Shown here in pieces: positions 1 to 10,395 of a stretch of DNA of 64,000 nucleotides. The notes below the pieces were generated by a model. The model did no database searches. It saw only the letters and a program-made list of their open reading frames with translations, and was not told where the DNA came from. Position numbers and translations under genes: made by a program. Source of the stretch: a virus (lineage: Duplodnaviria; Caudoviricetes). Where the stretch lies: IMG/VR virus record IMGVR_UViG_3300021431_000076, positions 64,001 through 128,000 of that record. One strand, 5' to 3'. Position 1 is the stretch's first letter; each line of letters opens with the position of its first letter.

Positions 1-1
1 A

Positions 2-196
2 ATAAGTAATGGTATTACTATTGCTATTCTTGGAGCATATGGTTGTGGAGTATTTGGTCAAGATGCTTGTACTGTAGCAAAGATGTTTTTGGATACTTTT
101 AAAGCAGATAATGGATCTATTCACAAAATAGTCTATGCTATTCCAGGTGGTCCAAACTATGCTGCATTTAACAATGTATTTAAATACGGTAGATAA
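2..196 (+). CDS. 3' end of TIGR02452/DUF2263-like macrodomain protein (bacterial-type ADP-ribose glycohydrolase, PARG-like), truncated by window edge
   Basis: Frame 2 reads ...AILGAYGCGVFGQDACTVAKMF...KIVYAIPGGPNYAAFNNVF*, matching the LGAxGCGVF motif and C-terminus of this family. Not in ORF track. Confidence 0.75.
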   Translation: MSNGITIAILGAYGCGVFGQDACTVAKMFLDTFKADNGSIHKIVYAIPGGPNYAAFNNVFKYGR

Positions 197-273
197 TTAA
201 ATGTCTTTAGACAAGAATGTAGGAAGGGGTTATAATACCCCTTCTGCATTTTAATATTTTTTATAAGGAGAGA

Positions 274-1071
274 TTGTGTATGCTAGACTTTTTAATGAAT
301 GACAAAGAATATGAAATCCAGGCTAATGGACAAGTTGCTACTATCTTATCACAGTTTAATTCAGATTATGTAATGGATGTAGTACGGAATACTTTATCAG
401 AACAATTTAATCATTTTGATACAGTTCCTAAACCAAATATTGCTGAATCATTTGAAACTTATTTTAAAGAGCTTCTAAGAACTTATCCTACAGATGAAAC
501 AAATATTCTAGAAACTCGTCATCAGACATATACTGATATTAGAGATATCATTTGTAGACAGTTTGCTTTAGGATTTGTAAATGAAGATGATGTTGATATG
601 TATTCTATCACAACTCTTCTTTATGATTTTTTTGTGGCTAAGTTTAATTTTTATATGGTAAATTTCTATTGCAGATATATTGCTGCAGAGAAATCTGCTC
701 TATTCATGAATATGGGATTAGAGAAAGCTTCTAAAGAAGATAATTCTAGTATGAATTATGCTAGACATGCATTTGGTGATGATGAAGAACTAGCAGCAGT
801 TATTGCTAATCTTCCTGTTGTATTAGGAGCTCTTAAGAGTATTGAGGTTCCTGATAGATATGTATACCAAACAGCTTATGGCAACAACCAATTATTAATA
901 GATCTTCTTGATTCCCATATTCAGCCTAATACTTCTATTTTCAATATTTATAACTCTATTTTATTTAATCCTGTTTTGTATCCAATAGTAGTAACTCAAA
1001 TCAGAATAAAGATTCAGATGCAAAATACCAATATAGATCCTACTCAAATTAAAGGAGCCTTTGGAAAATGA
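274..1071 (+). CDS. hypothetical late protein (start may be ATG at 280)
   Basis: 265-aa ORF, SD AAGGAG, late promoter at 210-222. Confidence 0.6.
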   Translation: MCMLDFLMNDKEYEIQANGQVATILSQFNSDYVMDVVRNTLSEQFNHFDTVPKPNIAESFETYFKELLRTYPTDETNILETRHQTYTDIRDIICRQFALGFVNEDDVDMYSITTLLYDFFVAKFNFYMVNFYCRYIAAEKSALFMNMGLEKASKEDNSSMNYARHAFGDDEELAAVIANLPVVLGALKSIEVPDRYVYQTAYGNNQLLIDLLDSHIQPNTSIFNIYNSILFNPVLYPIVVTQIRIKIQMQNTNIDPTQIKGAFGK

Positions 1072-1277
1072 TCACGGTTTTTTGGTTTATAGTATTCATA
1101 ATCGTTGCTGTTATTGTATTTAATATGATGCTTGAATCGTATAGATTTAATAATGGTATTTGTCGTAAATGTGGTAATAAACTCACACCAAGAACAGGTT
1201 TAGTTAATGGACAAATAATTTATGAATGTGAAAAGTGCCATAATATAGTTACAATTAGTGGTGGTAGAAAGGTATAG
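1068..1277 (+). CDS. small membrane-anchored Zn-ribbon protein
   Basis: N-terminal hydrophobic helix; CRKC and CEKC pairs; ATGA overlap with upstream gene. Confidence 0.65.
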   Translation: MITVFWFIVFIIVAVIVFNMMLESYRFNNGICRKCGNKLTPRTGLVNGQIIYECEKCHNIVTISGGRKV

Positions 1278-1286
1278 GTGATTAAA

Positions 1287-1388
1287 ATGTTAGAACCGAT
1301 CTTGATTTGCTTAGCATATTTTTTAATTCCATCTGATATAGCAAAAGCAATGATCTTTTTATATTTAGTATACAAATTATATGCATAA
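1287..1388 (+). CDS. 33-aa hydrophobic peptide
   Basis: MLEPILICLAYFLIPSDIAKAMIFLYLVYKLYA; AGGTGA SD; fills gap between neighbouring genes. Confidence 0.5.
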   Translation: MLEPILICLAYFLIPSDIAKAMIFLYLVYKLYA

Positions 1389-1405
1389 TTAGGGGATGAA
1401 TTAAG

Positions 1406-2125
1406 ATGAAAGAACTGGAATTAGATAAACCACAGCAGAATATGTTTTATAAGGCTATTAATCCTGAATATGGGAAACTTTTTCAAGATGTATTCGATGC
1501 TGGATTAGATGATAGAGATAGATTGATGTTGGAGATATATGAGAAGTCTAAGGATGATGAATCCTTAGACGAGAAGAAAAAGAAAATTATTGCTGGCTGT
1601 TATTTAGCTCATATCAATGCTGTATGTGATGGATGTTTCTGTGGTCCTCTTATGTTTTTCTATGATAAGAAACAACCTAACTTAAAGAAATTTTATGGTG
1701 AAAAAAGACTAGTAAGATGTGTAGACGATTTATATACAATAGTAAAGAGATCTGGATTTGATTGTAGACCAGAATTAATGCCAGAACTTACTAAATCTCT
1801 TCTGGCATCTTATGGTTATTCTACTAAAGTACCATTCATAGAAGATAAAGATGCTATACTAATGATTCTCTTATCTAGATTTGCTAGAGCTATATCTCCA
1901 ACTGATTATAAAAATATATGGTTTGTGGTAGATATGATTAAGAATATATCTCTTAATGCATATGCTACCCCAGATTATCTTAGAAACAATATGAAAATTC
2001 ATGACCAAAGAATGAATCTAGCTAAATTTATTATTACAATCTATAATACTTATTTCAAAGATAAACCTCTTGTTCCTGATGTAGATAAAGCAGAAACTCC
2101 TGAATCTGCTGAGAGAGAAATCTAA
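1406..2125 (+). CDS. hypothetical protein
   Basis: 239-aa ORF with SD. Confidence 0.6.
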   Translation: MKELELDKPQQNMFYKAINPEYGKLFQDVFDAGLDDRDRLMLEIYEKSKDDESLDEKKKKIIAGCYLAHINAVCDGCFCGPLMFFYDKKQPNLKKFYGEKRLVRCVDDLYTIVKRSGFDCRPELMPELTKSLLASYGYSTKVPFIEDKDAILMILLSRFARAISPTDYKNIWFVVDMIKNISLNAYATPDYLRNNMKIHDQRMNLAKFIITIYNTYFKDKPLVPDVDKAETPESAEREI

Positions 2126-2163
2126 CACATCAAGGTAAAGATTTTTATAAGGAGGTTTAAAGA

Positions 2164-3636
2164 ATGGGAAATAGTTGTCATTGCCCTTGCCCTCCAGGAT
2201 ATACTCATATATTAGAGCATATGGAGTTTGGTAATTGCATTCCTAATCATATATTCGATCCCAATCCACCACAATATTATGGTAGTGGATGGGTTTTTAA
2301 TCCACCAGAATTTCATACCTTGTATAACCAGATTTCTAACTGCCAACCTGGTATGACATCTGGTTTATATAATCCTAATGGTCCTCTTAAGATCTGTCCT
2401 GCTAAATGTGCTGCTACAATGCTTACTGGTGTTTCTACACAAACTAAGATTGTTCTCTCTCTTACTTTTACTTATACTAATGATAAATTCAATAAGACTG
2501 TAGATATAGAACAAGGAAAAGTATATACATTTACTTATCTTGAGAACGGCACTATTAAGAAATGTACTGGTCTTGTTAATAATATCTACAAAGTAAACTC
2601 TATTGAAGAGGATGCCAATATCTACAAGATCAAGATAGATTGTTCTGCTAACTATGCTAATAGTGTAGTAGTGATAAAATCTGATCAAGTAAGAGATGTT
2701 ATTCTGTATCAAGAATATGCTGAAGAAGATATGACTATTGAATCTTCTTTACATAGAAATGGTACAACAGCCGCAGCAGTTATTAAAGATGCTGTAATCA
2801 AAGATGCTTCTATTGATACTGCTGGCAATATTCTTAAAGGTACTATTGTAGCTGGTACTATTACTAATGGTACAACTGTAGATGGTGTAGCTGAAGGCAT
2901 GAATGATCAAAACCATAAAGTCTATGTTATCAATTCTATGACTACTGGTGGTATCATTCAAGATGGATTCATTCTCTATGGCATGCTAAGATCTGGAGAT
3001 GTAGATGGCCAGAAAGATGATAATACTGGTATTATAGAAAATGCTACTATTAATGGTATGATTGCTAATGCTCTTATCATCAATTCTGAAGTATTTGGTG
3101 GTAAGACAGAGAATGGTGAATATATCAATCCAGTTATAGAAGATTCTATTGTAGAAGATGCTCTTATAACAGGAACAGATATGGTTACTACTGGTGGAAT
3201 TACTATTGGTAATATTACCACTGGTGGTGTAACTGTTGGTGGCACTGCTCAAGGTGGATATGCTAGTGGTTTAAAGAATGGTATTATATATCATATAGAT
3301 GGTGGACAAACTGTTCCTATTACAGGAAAACAACTTAGAACTACTGGTGGTGTATTAACTGGTGGTACTCTTATGGGTGGTCAGAAAGTAGGTAATATGA
3401 CTATTGGTGGAGTTATCACTGGTGGTACTTTAACAGGAGGTAAAACTACTGGTGGTGTTACTAGTGGTGGAACCTTCTCTACTGAACCTGCTACAGAAAT
3501 AGCTTTACAGAATTTAAAAGTTGAACAAGTAAGTAAGTCTGGATCGACTGCTGTTACATCTGTTCCTAAGAAGGCTAATATTCAACCACCTCCGCCAATA
3601 ACAGATACAGCTCAGATTGGTTTGCAGATGAATTAA
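2164..3636 (+). CDS. Gly/Thr-repeat (xTGG) probable beta-helical virion protein
   Basis: Many TGG/xxG repeats in C-terminal half; Cys/Pro/His-rich N-terminus; late promoter at 2126-2138. Confidence 0.55.
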   Translation: MGNSCHCPCPPGYTHILEHMEFGNCIPNHIFDPNPPQYYGSGWVFNPPEFHTLYNQISNCQPGMTSGLYNPNGPLKICPAKCAATMLTGVSTQTKIVLSLTFTYTNDKFNKTVDIEQGKVYTFTYLENGTIKKCTGLVNNIYKVNSIEEDANIYKIKIDCSANYANSVVVIKSDQVRDVILYQEYAEEDMTIESSLHRNGTTAAAVIKDAVIKDASIDTAGNILKGTIVAGTITNGTTVDGVAEGMNDQNHKVYVINSMTTGGIIQDGFILYGMLRSGDVDGQKDDNTGIIENATINGMIANALIINSEVFGGKTENGEYINPVIEDSIVEDALITGTDMVTTGGITIGNITTGGVTVGGTAQGGYASGLKNGIIYHIDGGQTVPITGKQLRTTGGVLTGGTLMGGQKVGNMTIGGVITGGTLTGGKTTGGVTSGGTFSTEPATEIALQNLKVEQVSKSGSTAVTSVPKKANIQPPPPITDTAQIGLQMN

Positions 3637-3669
3637 TATAAATTTAAAATATGAAAGGATGAATTCCTA

Positions 3670-4257
3670 ATGACTAAAGCGCAATATCTTGCTGCTATGG
3701 CAAAATTTAAAACTAAACAGGACGCTTTTAATGCTGATACCTATGTGGCTAAAGTAGCTGGTAAACAGCTCTCCACAGAAGACTATACTACTGCAGAACA
3801 GACAAAACTTGCTGGCATTGATGCTGGTGCAGAAGAAAACGTAATCGAAAGTATTACTGTAAATAATGGTCAGCCACTGACTGTTACTGGCAAGAGTGTT
3901 AATATTGACCTTTCTGATTATGCTAAGACTTCCGAAATTGGTTCAGTCTATAAGTATAAAGGTTCTGTAAGCACTTATGCTCTGCTTCCATCTACTGATC
4001 TTGCTGTTGGTGATACATACAATGTTGAAACTGCTGATCCTACAAATGGTATCAAAGCTGGTGACAATGTTGCATGGACTGGTACAGCATGGGATGTACT
4101 TGCTGGTACAGTTGATCTGTCTGGTTATGTTGCGAAAGAAAATGGTAAGGGTCTTTCTGAAATCAATGTAACTCAGACAATGGTAGATAGTTGGAATGCT
4201 GCAGCTACTGGTGAAGATGTAACTCAGACCGAAATCAATGCACTTTTTGGTGAATAA
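3670..4257 (+). CDS. head/tail fiber-like virion protein
   Basis: GKQLSTEDYTTAEQTKLAGI and YKYKGSV...GDTYNV...WDVLAG motifs typical of phage fiber proteins. Confidence 0.65.
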   Translation: MTKAQYLAAMAKFKTKQDAFNADTYVAKVAGKQLSTEDYTTAEQTKLAGIDAGAEENVIESITVNNGQPLTVTGKSVNIDLSDYAKTSEIGSVYKYKGSVSTYALLPSTDLAVGDTYNVETADPTNGIKAGDNVAWTGTAWDVLAGTVDLSGYVAKENGKGLSEINVTQTMVDSWNAAATGEDVTQTEINALFGE

Positions 4258-4326
4258 TTGAGTTTGCTGAAATAATTAAAATCTCTAGAAGCTCATGCTA
4301 GCTTCTAGGGGTTTTATTTAGGAGGT

Positions 4327-4752
4327 ATGATCATGCCTGAACAACAAACTACAGTATATAAAAGATGGCCAAAGGCTATATGGGAATTATTTTGCCAAGA
4401 GTTTGCATCTTTCTTTTCAATGGCAGTATGTAATCTAGTTCTTATAGATGGTGTACAGATAGATAGCTTAGACCATGTATGCCATTTTGGTGTATGTAAT
4501 ACTGAAGCTAATATTGCGGCTAAGACTGTTTCTATTCCTCAGTTCAACCTAGTCACTGGTGCTAGAGTTACTGTTAAATTCTCTAATACTAATACAGAAT
4601 CTAATCCAACACTAAATGTTAGTAATACTGGTGCTAGACCAATTATTTATAAAGGATCTTCTATTGCTGCAGGAGTATTATCTGCAGGTATAGTTTTGGA
4701 TTTTGTATTTGACGGTACAAATTATTTGGTGATTGGAAATCTTAATATTTAA
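4327..4752 (+). CDS. tail-fiber-associated protein
   Basis: AKTVSIPQFNLVTGARVTVKFSNTNT..PTLNVSNTGARPI...FVFDGTNY, a common fiber domain. Confidence 0.6.
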   Translation: MIMPEQQTTVYKRWPKAIWELFCQEFASFFSMAVCNLVLIDGVQIDSLDHVCHFGVCNTEANIAAKTVSIPQFNLVTGARVTVKFSNTNTESNPTLNVSNTGARPIIYKGSSIAAGVLSAGIVLDFVFDGTNYLVIGNLNI

Positions 4753-4768
4753 TTATGTGAGAGTGAAT

Positions 4769-4897
4769 ATGATGAAATATAAACCCTTAATCATATGGGG
4801 GGGGGGTAATAATTATCAATCTCTTCCATCTATATGGATAAATATATCATCTGTTCTAAATAATGATTGGAGTTATTATCCTCCAATTATTGTTTAG
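4769..4897 (+). CDS. 42-aa ORF containing a G10 tract
   Basis: MMKYKPLIIWGGGNNYQSLPSIWINISSVLNNDWSYYPPIIV; ends next to the SD of ORF 4913. Confidence 0.4.
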   Translation: MMKYKPLIIWGGGNNYQSLPSIWINISSVLNNDWSYYPPIIV

Positions 4898-4912
4898 GAA
4901 GGTGATGCTAAA

Positions 4913-5524
4913 ATGGTAGAGTTAGAAAAATTTACATTTGATGATCAAACATTAAATGGAACTCATTCAACAGGAACATTAAGTGTAACGGGTGGAACCT
5001 CTATATTTGCACAAACCTCATATACAAATACAGGCTATTGTTTGAGTACAGGTGAAAATAATGCATATAGATTTAATCCTTATTCTCTTTTAAAATCTGA
5101 TGGTGAATATTTATTAGAGTTTTATATATATTTTGTTAATAGTGGTAGAAGTGGAAGCCATGCATTTGATCTAAGATTAGGAGATTCTTCTAGTTATGTT
5201 TCTAATGTTTTTGGCTTCCAATATATAGATAATACTACTGGGCGTTTATGGGTTAATCATAAGTGGCTTGCTGAGAATAATGTTACTTTTGATACTAAAA
5301 CTTGGTATAAAGTAAGCATAAAATTTAGCAGTGATGGAGCAAATATGAATTTTATGGATAAAAATTATACTATTACAACTTATGAAAATCCGATAGATAT
5401 AGCAGGAAATTATGCAGAACTGTATATTGGTAGTAATTATAATTATATCTATATAGATGATCTTGCTTTATATGAAATTGTACCTCCATCCAATATATTT
5501 ATTAATATAAAGATTGATGAATAA
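4913..5524 (+). CDS. concanavalin A/LamG-like beta-sandwich protein
   Basis: EFYIY...TWYKVSI...LYIG...YIDDL pattern. Confidence 0.55.
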   Translation: MVELEKFTFDDQTLNGTHSTGTLSVTGGTSIFAQTSYTNTGYCLSTGENNAYRFNPYSLLKSDGEYLLEFYIYFVNSGRSGSHAFDLRLGDSSSYVSNVFGFQYIDNTTGRLWVNHKWLAENNVTFDTKTWYKVSIKFSSDGANMNFMDKNYTITTYENPIDIAGNYAELYIGSNYNYIYIDDLALYEIVPPSNIFINIKIDE

Positions 5525-5610
5525 AATACTTCCTCTAGGTTATACCTAGAGGATAATTCTTTGTCTATAGTACAGCTAGATAAGATGATTATATTATAGG
5601 GGGTATTGTC

Positions 5611-6381
5611 ATGGTATTAAGTACATTTAAAGAGTTTAGTGAATTCTTAGAACAAGTAAAGATTAATGTAGATGATTATATGTTGGATGATTCTCCACAA
5701 TTAGATTATCCAAAACAGGCAGGTAGAATGTGGTATGAGAATACTAATCTATGGTCAGTTGTATTTTCTGATGGTCATTTAAAACCAGCACAGAAATATT
5801 TAGAGAAGAAATACTTTGATAAAGCAGCTGATACAAGATTATTTACTGAGTGTTTTATTCCATTATATGAAATGGGTAAGATGAAGAAGAAGTATGTTAT
5901 GGATTACTTTTATAAAGCAGATCATAGAAAGTTAGATATGGAATCTATTCTATTTCAATCTATAGGAGAAAAAAGAGGTTTGTTTAGAGAACTTCTTACA
6001 TTCTATCAGAAAAATCATATTAAACTAGAAAGATCAGATTGCTATGGTAATTTAGAAAATGGATCTGGTTTGATTACAGCAATATCAAAAGGATCTAAGA
6101 GAATAACCAACTTATTACTATCTAATGGTGCTGATCCTAATATGAGAGAAGGATTGCCATTACTTATTGCAGTTAAGAATGGTTATTATACTATCGCTCT
6201 AGATTTATTAAAGCATGGTGCTAATATCCACGATAGAAATGATCTCATATATAGAACCTTTTTAAAGAATGAAGATAAGAGATGGTGCCCAGCAGGGGAG
6301 GAACAATCTCATAATACTTTATTATTGGCATTTAAGAATGCAGAATGCAAATCAGGAAGGGAGAAAGTAAACAATGGCTGA
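5611..6381 (+). CDS. ankyrin-repeat protein
   Basis: LLLSNGADPN..GLPLLIAVKNGYYTIALDLLKHGANIH. Confidence 0.7.
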   Translation: MVLSTFKEFSEFLEQVKINVDDYMLDDSPQLDYPKQAGRMWYENTNLWSVVFSDGHLKPAQKYLEKKYFDKAADTRLFTECFIPLYEMGKMKKKYVMDYFYKADHRKLDMESILFQSIGEKRGLFRELLTFYQKNHIKLERSDCYGNLENGSGLITAISKGSKRITNLLLSNGADPNMREGLPLLIAVKNGYYTIALDLLKHGANIHDRNDLIYRTFLKNEDKRWCPAGEEQSHNTLLLAFKNAECKSGREKVNNG

Positions 6382-7123
6382 TAATGGCTTACCTTCTTTT
6401 ATTAGACAAGAGAAAGACTCTCTTGTCTTTAATGGTAAAGGTCAAGAGATGCTTGCCTATATACCAGAGAAGTTCTTTGAAAGAAATATAGCAGAAGTAG
6501 AAGGAAATGTAGTTAATCTTTTAGGTATATTTCCCTATACAGTTCAGGATAAGAAGACTGGTAAAAATATAGGATTAAAGAACTTTAGATATCCTACTCC
6601 TATATATACAGAACCATACAGAATAGACAAAGTTAAACAGATTACTCTTACCAAGAATTCTATGCCTGAAGATTTTAGAATATTTAGATATCAAGATGGA
6701 GATGCTGTAGTATCTAATGTTCAGACAGTACAGTTTGTTGGTAATGTAGAAAAAGTAATCAATATGTTTTATATCCTAGGCTATATTCCTAATACAATCA
6801 AATATACTGATCTGGTAGACTATATCTTTGAGACTATGCATATCAATGGTAATGATTGTGAATTGAATGCTCAGATTGTTGGTATTACTATATCTGAAGT
6901 ATGTAGAGGAATAAATGATATATCCAAACCATATAGATTAACTAAGACTACAGATGAGAATGCATATAGATCTATATCTATTAAAGAAGTATCTAAATTT
7001 ACTTCTGCTTATACTGCATTGATCTCTGAAGACTTTGATGAATCCTTAATGTATGCATTAATGAATAATGATCCTAAAGAAACTCCATTGGAAAGAGTTC
7101 TTGTTGGTACTGATAATACTTAA
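6374..7123 (+). CDS. hypothetical (probably structural) protein
   Basis: 249-aa ORF directly upstream of the sheath gene, in a late unit. Confidence 0.55.
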   Translation: MADNGLPSFIRQEKDSLVFNGKGQEMLAYIPEKFFERNIAEVEGNVVNLLGIFPYTVQDKKTGKNIGLKNFRYPTPIYTEPYRIDKVKQITLTKNSMPEDFRIFRYQDGDAVVSNVQTVQFVGNVEKVINMFYILGYIPNTIKYTDLVDYIFETMHINGNDCELNAQIVGITISEVCRGINDISKPYRLTKTTDENAYRSISIKEVSKFTSAYTALISEDFDESLMYALMNNDPKETPLERVLVGTDNT

Positions 7124-7152
7124 ATAATAGGTTCTGGCCACTTTCCTTCTTG

Positions 7153-7165
7153 AACATCATTATAA
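7153..7165 (+). promoter_or_regulatory. late promoter nACA-N6-TA (representative copy)
   Basis: Also at 210, 2126, 5571, 10353, 26486, 32884, 38449, 39548, 55460, 63831 (+) and 12924, 18411, 18994, 27373, 35931, 38418 (-); resembles AR9 late AACA-N6-TA/G. Confidence 0.8.
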
Positions 7166-7278
7166 TCGAGAGCTTTTGCAATAAGCTCCAATTATAATAA
7201 TAACTAAAGATATTACTATAATAATTCTTTTTCTTCTTATAGTGTTATAGTAAATTCTTACAAAAGGAGGAAAAATCA

Positions 7279-9309
7279 ATGGCAATCCCTGCTGTGAATA
7301 TTATTTGGGATGATCAGTCTCAGATTAATGACGTTAGTATTTTAACTGAAGACAATGTTGATCGTCCTATATTTATGACAGTTATTACGGCAGACAAGGG
7401 GCCTGAGGAATGGAAACATAAAGTCTTTGGTCAAGATTTTTATGATTACTATGGTAAGACTCCATCATTTTCCAAACACGGCCAGGCTCTAATTCAGGCT
7501 GCTAATATTATTGATGCCGGTGGTTATTTGACAATTAGACGTATAATGCCAGATAATGCTCAGTTAGCAACTATGGGTGTATATGCTGATCTTAAGTTTA
7601 GCCAAGTTCCATATGCTCCTGCTAGCAATAATTATATCCCTACATGGGAAAATAATGATACTCAGGCTACTGTCTTATCCATGACTGACCCAGCTCCAGG
7701 TCAAATGAATTCTGCTGGTACTGGTCCTTTGTGGACACAAGTTATGACAAATGAGGTTACTGTAGAATTTAAATGCATTAACTATCAGATTCCATATGTA
7801 AATGGTGTAGCTTCTCCAAATGATCCAGCACAATATGCTAATTTGCTATACAACTCATATAGCAGCACTGGTGGCGTATTATCAAATAACCAAACATATC
7901 CATTATTCTTGATTGCTGATAATGGTCGTGGTGTGTCTAACAAGAGATTCCGTATTTCTCGTGATACCACTGCATCTAAACCAGTTCAGTATGTCCGTTA
8001 CTTCTTAGAAGTAATGGAAGGTGATGATACTTTAGAGACAATGGCATTTACAATGGATCCAGATGTCATTGAACAAGACAGAAATATGTCTTTGCAGAAT
8101 GTAATTTATCAGAAATCTAAACAGCTTCGTTGCATATTCTTCGAAGAAGAATATAAAAAGATGTGTGATAATATTGCTTCTTTGCTTAACTGGTCTAGTT
8201 CAACTGTTTCTACAACACCAATTTCATTAAGTTCAGATGAACTTATTAGAGCAGATCCATTGTTTGGTACTGACTTCTATGCTAATACTATTCCAAATCT
8301 TAATGTTATTAATCCATTAAATAACATCTTTGGAATTCAGCTTGAAGGTGGTGCAAATGGTTGGGAAAAACCAGATCCGCTCAATCCTGCTAATACTATT
8401 CCTACAAATTTCCCATTAGAATCTATTCAGTATATACCTAAAGCTTCTGCTGCATTCTCTGGTGGTAGTGATCCAGCTACTGATTTCATTGTTCCTCCAG
8501 ATGATGTATTTGATTTTGATAATAATAGAATTGATGCTGTATTTGATGCTAACTATCCAAATTCTGTAAAGAGATCAATTGAAGAACTTGCAGCATTCCG
8601 TGAAGATTTTGTATATTTCCGTGATATGGGTCTTGGATTGAAAAATACTGCTAGTATTGAATATGCAGATAAGGCAAATCTAAAGAATAGATATTGTGCT
8701 ACATATGCAAACTCTTATGATATCTATGATCCATATACTCGTAAACAGATCTCTGTAACTGTTACTTATGATCTTGCACGTCTATTTGTTACTCACTTTA
8801 TTAATGGTAGATCTCGTCCATTCTGCGGTATCAAATATGGTGTTGTTATTCCTCAGGATGATTTTGTTCCTGGTACTCTTAACTTTACACCAAAACGTAC
8901 TCCAAATGCAGATCAAAGACAGTTATTTGATGATCTAAGAATCAACTATATATCTTTCTATGATGGCACTATTTTGGCTATGAATTCTGAATATACTTCT
9001 CAGACTGAATATACTCAGCTGAGCTGGATCAATAACGTTCTTGCTGTACAGCAGGTTATTAAAGCTATTCGTGTCCTTTGTCCAAAGATTCGTTATAGCT
9101 TCCTTGATGGTGAAGATCTTGAAAGATATAAATCTGATATTAATGAATTAATAATTGATAAATATTCTAGTCTGTTTAAGTCATTCAAGATTGAATACGT
9201 TGAAAATGGTATGTATGATTCTAATAAGATCATCTATGCTATTCTTAAAGTTCAGTTTAGAAACTTTATTCAGACTGAAATATTCAAGATTACTGCATTA
9301 CAGTCTTAA
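7279..9309 (+). CDS. contractile tail sheath protein
   Basis: 676 aa; sheath-like N-terminus; C-terminal LRINYI...SQTEYTQLSWINNVLAV pattern; precedes tube and portal; late promoter at 7153-7165. Confidence 0.85.
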   Translation: MAIPAVNIIWDDQSQINDVSILTEDNVDRPIFMTVITADKGPEEWKHKVFGQDFYDYYGKTPSFSKHGQALIQAANIIDAGGYLTIRRIMPDNAQLATMGVYADLKFSQVPYAPASNNYIPTWENNDTQATVLSMTDPAPGQMNSAGTGPLWTQVMTNEVTVEFKCINYQIPYVNGVASPNDPAQYANLLYNSYSSTGGVLSNNQTYPLFLIADNGRGVSNKRFRISRDTTASKPVQYVRYFLEVMEGDDTLETMAFTMDPDVIEQDRNMSLQNVIYQKSKQLRCIFFEEEYKKMCDNIASLLNWSSSTVSTTPISLSSDELIRADPLFGTDFYANTIPNLNVINPLNNIFGIQLEGGANGWEKPDPLNPANTIPTNFPLESIQYIPKASAAFSGGSDPATDFIVPPDDVFDFDNNRIDAVFDANYPNSVKRSIEELAAFREDFVYFRDMGLGLKNTASIEYADKANLKNRYCATYANSYDIYDPYTRKQISVTVTYDLARLFVTHFINGRSRPFCGIKYGVVIPQDDFVPGTLNFTPKRTPNADQRQLFDDLRINYISFYDGTILAMNSEYTSQTEYTQLSWINNVLAVQQVIKAIRVLCPKIRYSFLDGEDLERYKSDINELIIDKYSSLFKSFKIEYVENGMYDSNKIIYAILKVQFRNFIQTEIFKITALQS

Positions 9310-9332
9310 GAGAAAGGTGAGGTGAAATAACA

Positions 9333-10268
9333 ATGGCAAATCCAACTCCATCAAAACAAAATAATATCTTTACAAATACTATGGTACCAAGAGAAGTAAC
9401 CTCATTCACTCTTATGCGTGGTGTTACAGATTTTTCTAATCTGCAACAGTATGACTTATATGAGACTGGTTATAGTTTCCTTGTATGCCTACAAATTCCT
9501 AAATTCCTGAATAAAGCCAAGAAACTAAATACTCAATACGAGACTTTAATTAACTCTTATGGCCATATTATTGAATATGATTTTACTGGTGTTCAAGGTA
9601 TTGAGGATATAACCACTGAAACTGGTGCTCTTACTAATAATATTGATACTCTTAATATTATTACTAGAGTAACCGAACAATCTGGTGCTAACTTCTCTAT
9701 GAACTATTTCGAAAGATCCGGTTCTATTATCACTAAGACTCATGAATTGTTCCTCCGTGGTATCAAAGATCCAAGAACTCAATATAAAAGATATCTTGGC
9801 CTTATTACTGGACCACGCGGTAATAATGAAACAGATAATGGTGATAGTTTACAGGCTATGGAAGCTGCTTATCAGAACGAGGTATTCCATTATCTTCTCG
9901 TTATAACAGACAATACTGGTTTTAATGTTGAGAAATCTTATATCCTTGCTTCTGCTCAACCTTCTCAAGCTAACACTTCTATATACAATGTAACTAAAGG
10001 TGAAATTGGCTTTAGCCAGATTGCAGTTCAAATGAATGCATTCCCAATCACTGGTAGAATCGTTAATAATAAAGCAGCTACTTTGTTAGATTATATCAAC
10101 AAAGCTACTTGCTTTGATGAAATGGAATTTGGTTATAACGTTCTTGGTGATACTAGTGGTATTGATATTGATAAGATTGGCAAGTCTATGTCAGTTTCTA
10201 AAGTAATAAATAGTTCTAATGTTATTGCTGATAAGATCACTGGTAATACTACACCACGAAATTATTAA
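9333..10268 (+). CDS. tail tube protein
   Basis: Position between sheath and portal; beta-rich tube-like sequence. Confidence 0.7.
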   Translation: MANPTPSKQNNIFTNTMVPREVTSFTLMRGVTDFSNLQQYDLYETGYSFLVCLQIPKFLNKAKKLNTQYETLINSYGHIIEYDFTGVQGIEDITTETGALTNNIDTLNIITRVTEQSGANFSMNYFERSGSIITKTHELFLRGIKDPRTQYKRYLGLITGPRGNNETDNGDSLQAMEAAYQNEVFHYLLVITDNTGFNVEKSYILASAQPSQANTSIYNVTKGEIGFSQIAVQMNAFPITGRIVNNKAATLLDYINKATCFDEMEFGYNVLGDTSGIDIDKIGKSMSVSKVINSSNVIADKITGNTTPRNY

Positions 10269-10395
10269 CTAATATATAAACCCCATTTTAGAAGTATTCC
10301 CTAATAAGTATCTCCCAAGGTCGTTGCTGGCCTTGGGAGAATTTATGTCTTAAACAGTTTGATAATCGGAATACTCTAGTATTGGAGGGAATACA

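Noticed and set aside
2365-3252. Several antisense ORFs inside ORF 2164, and similar shadow ORFs throughout the window
   Set aside because: They are complements of biased-codon real genes and have no SD or promoter.
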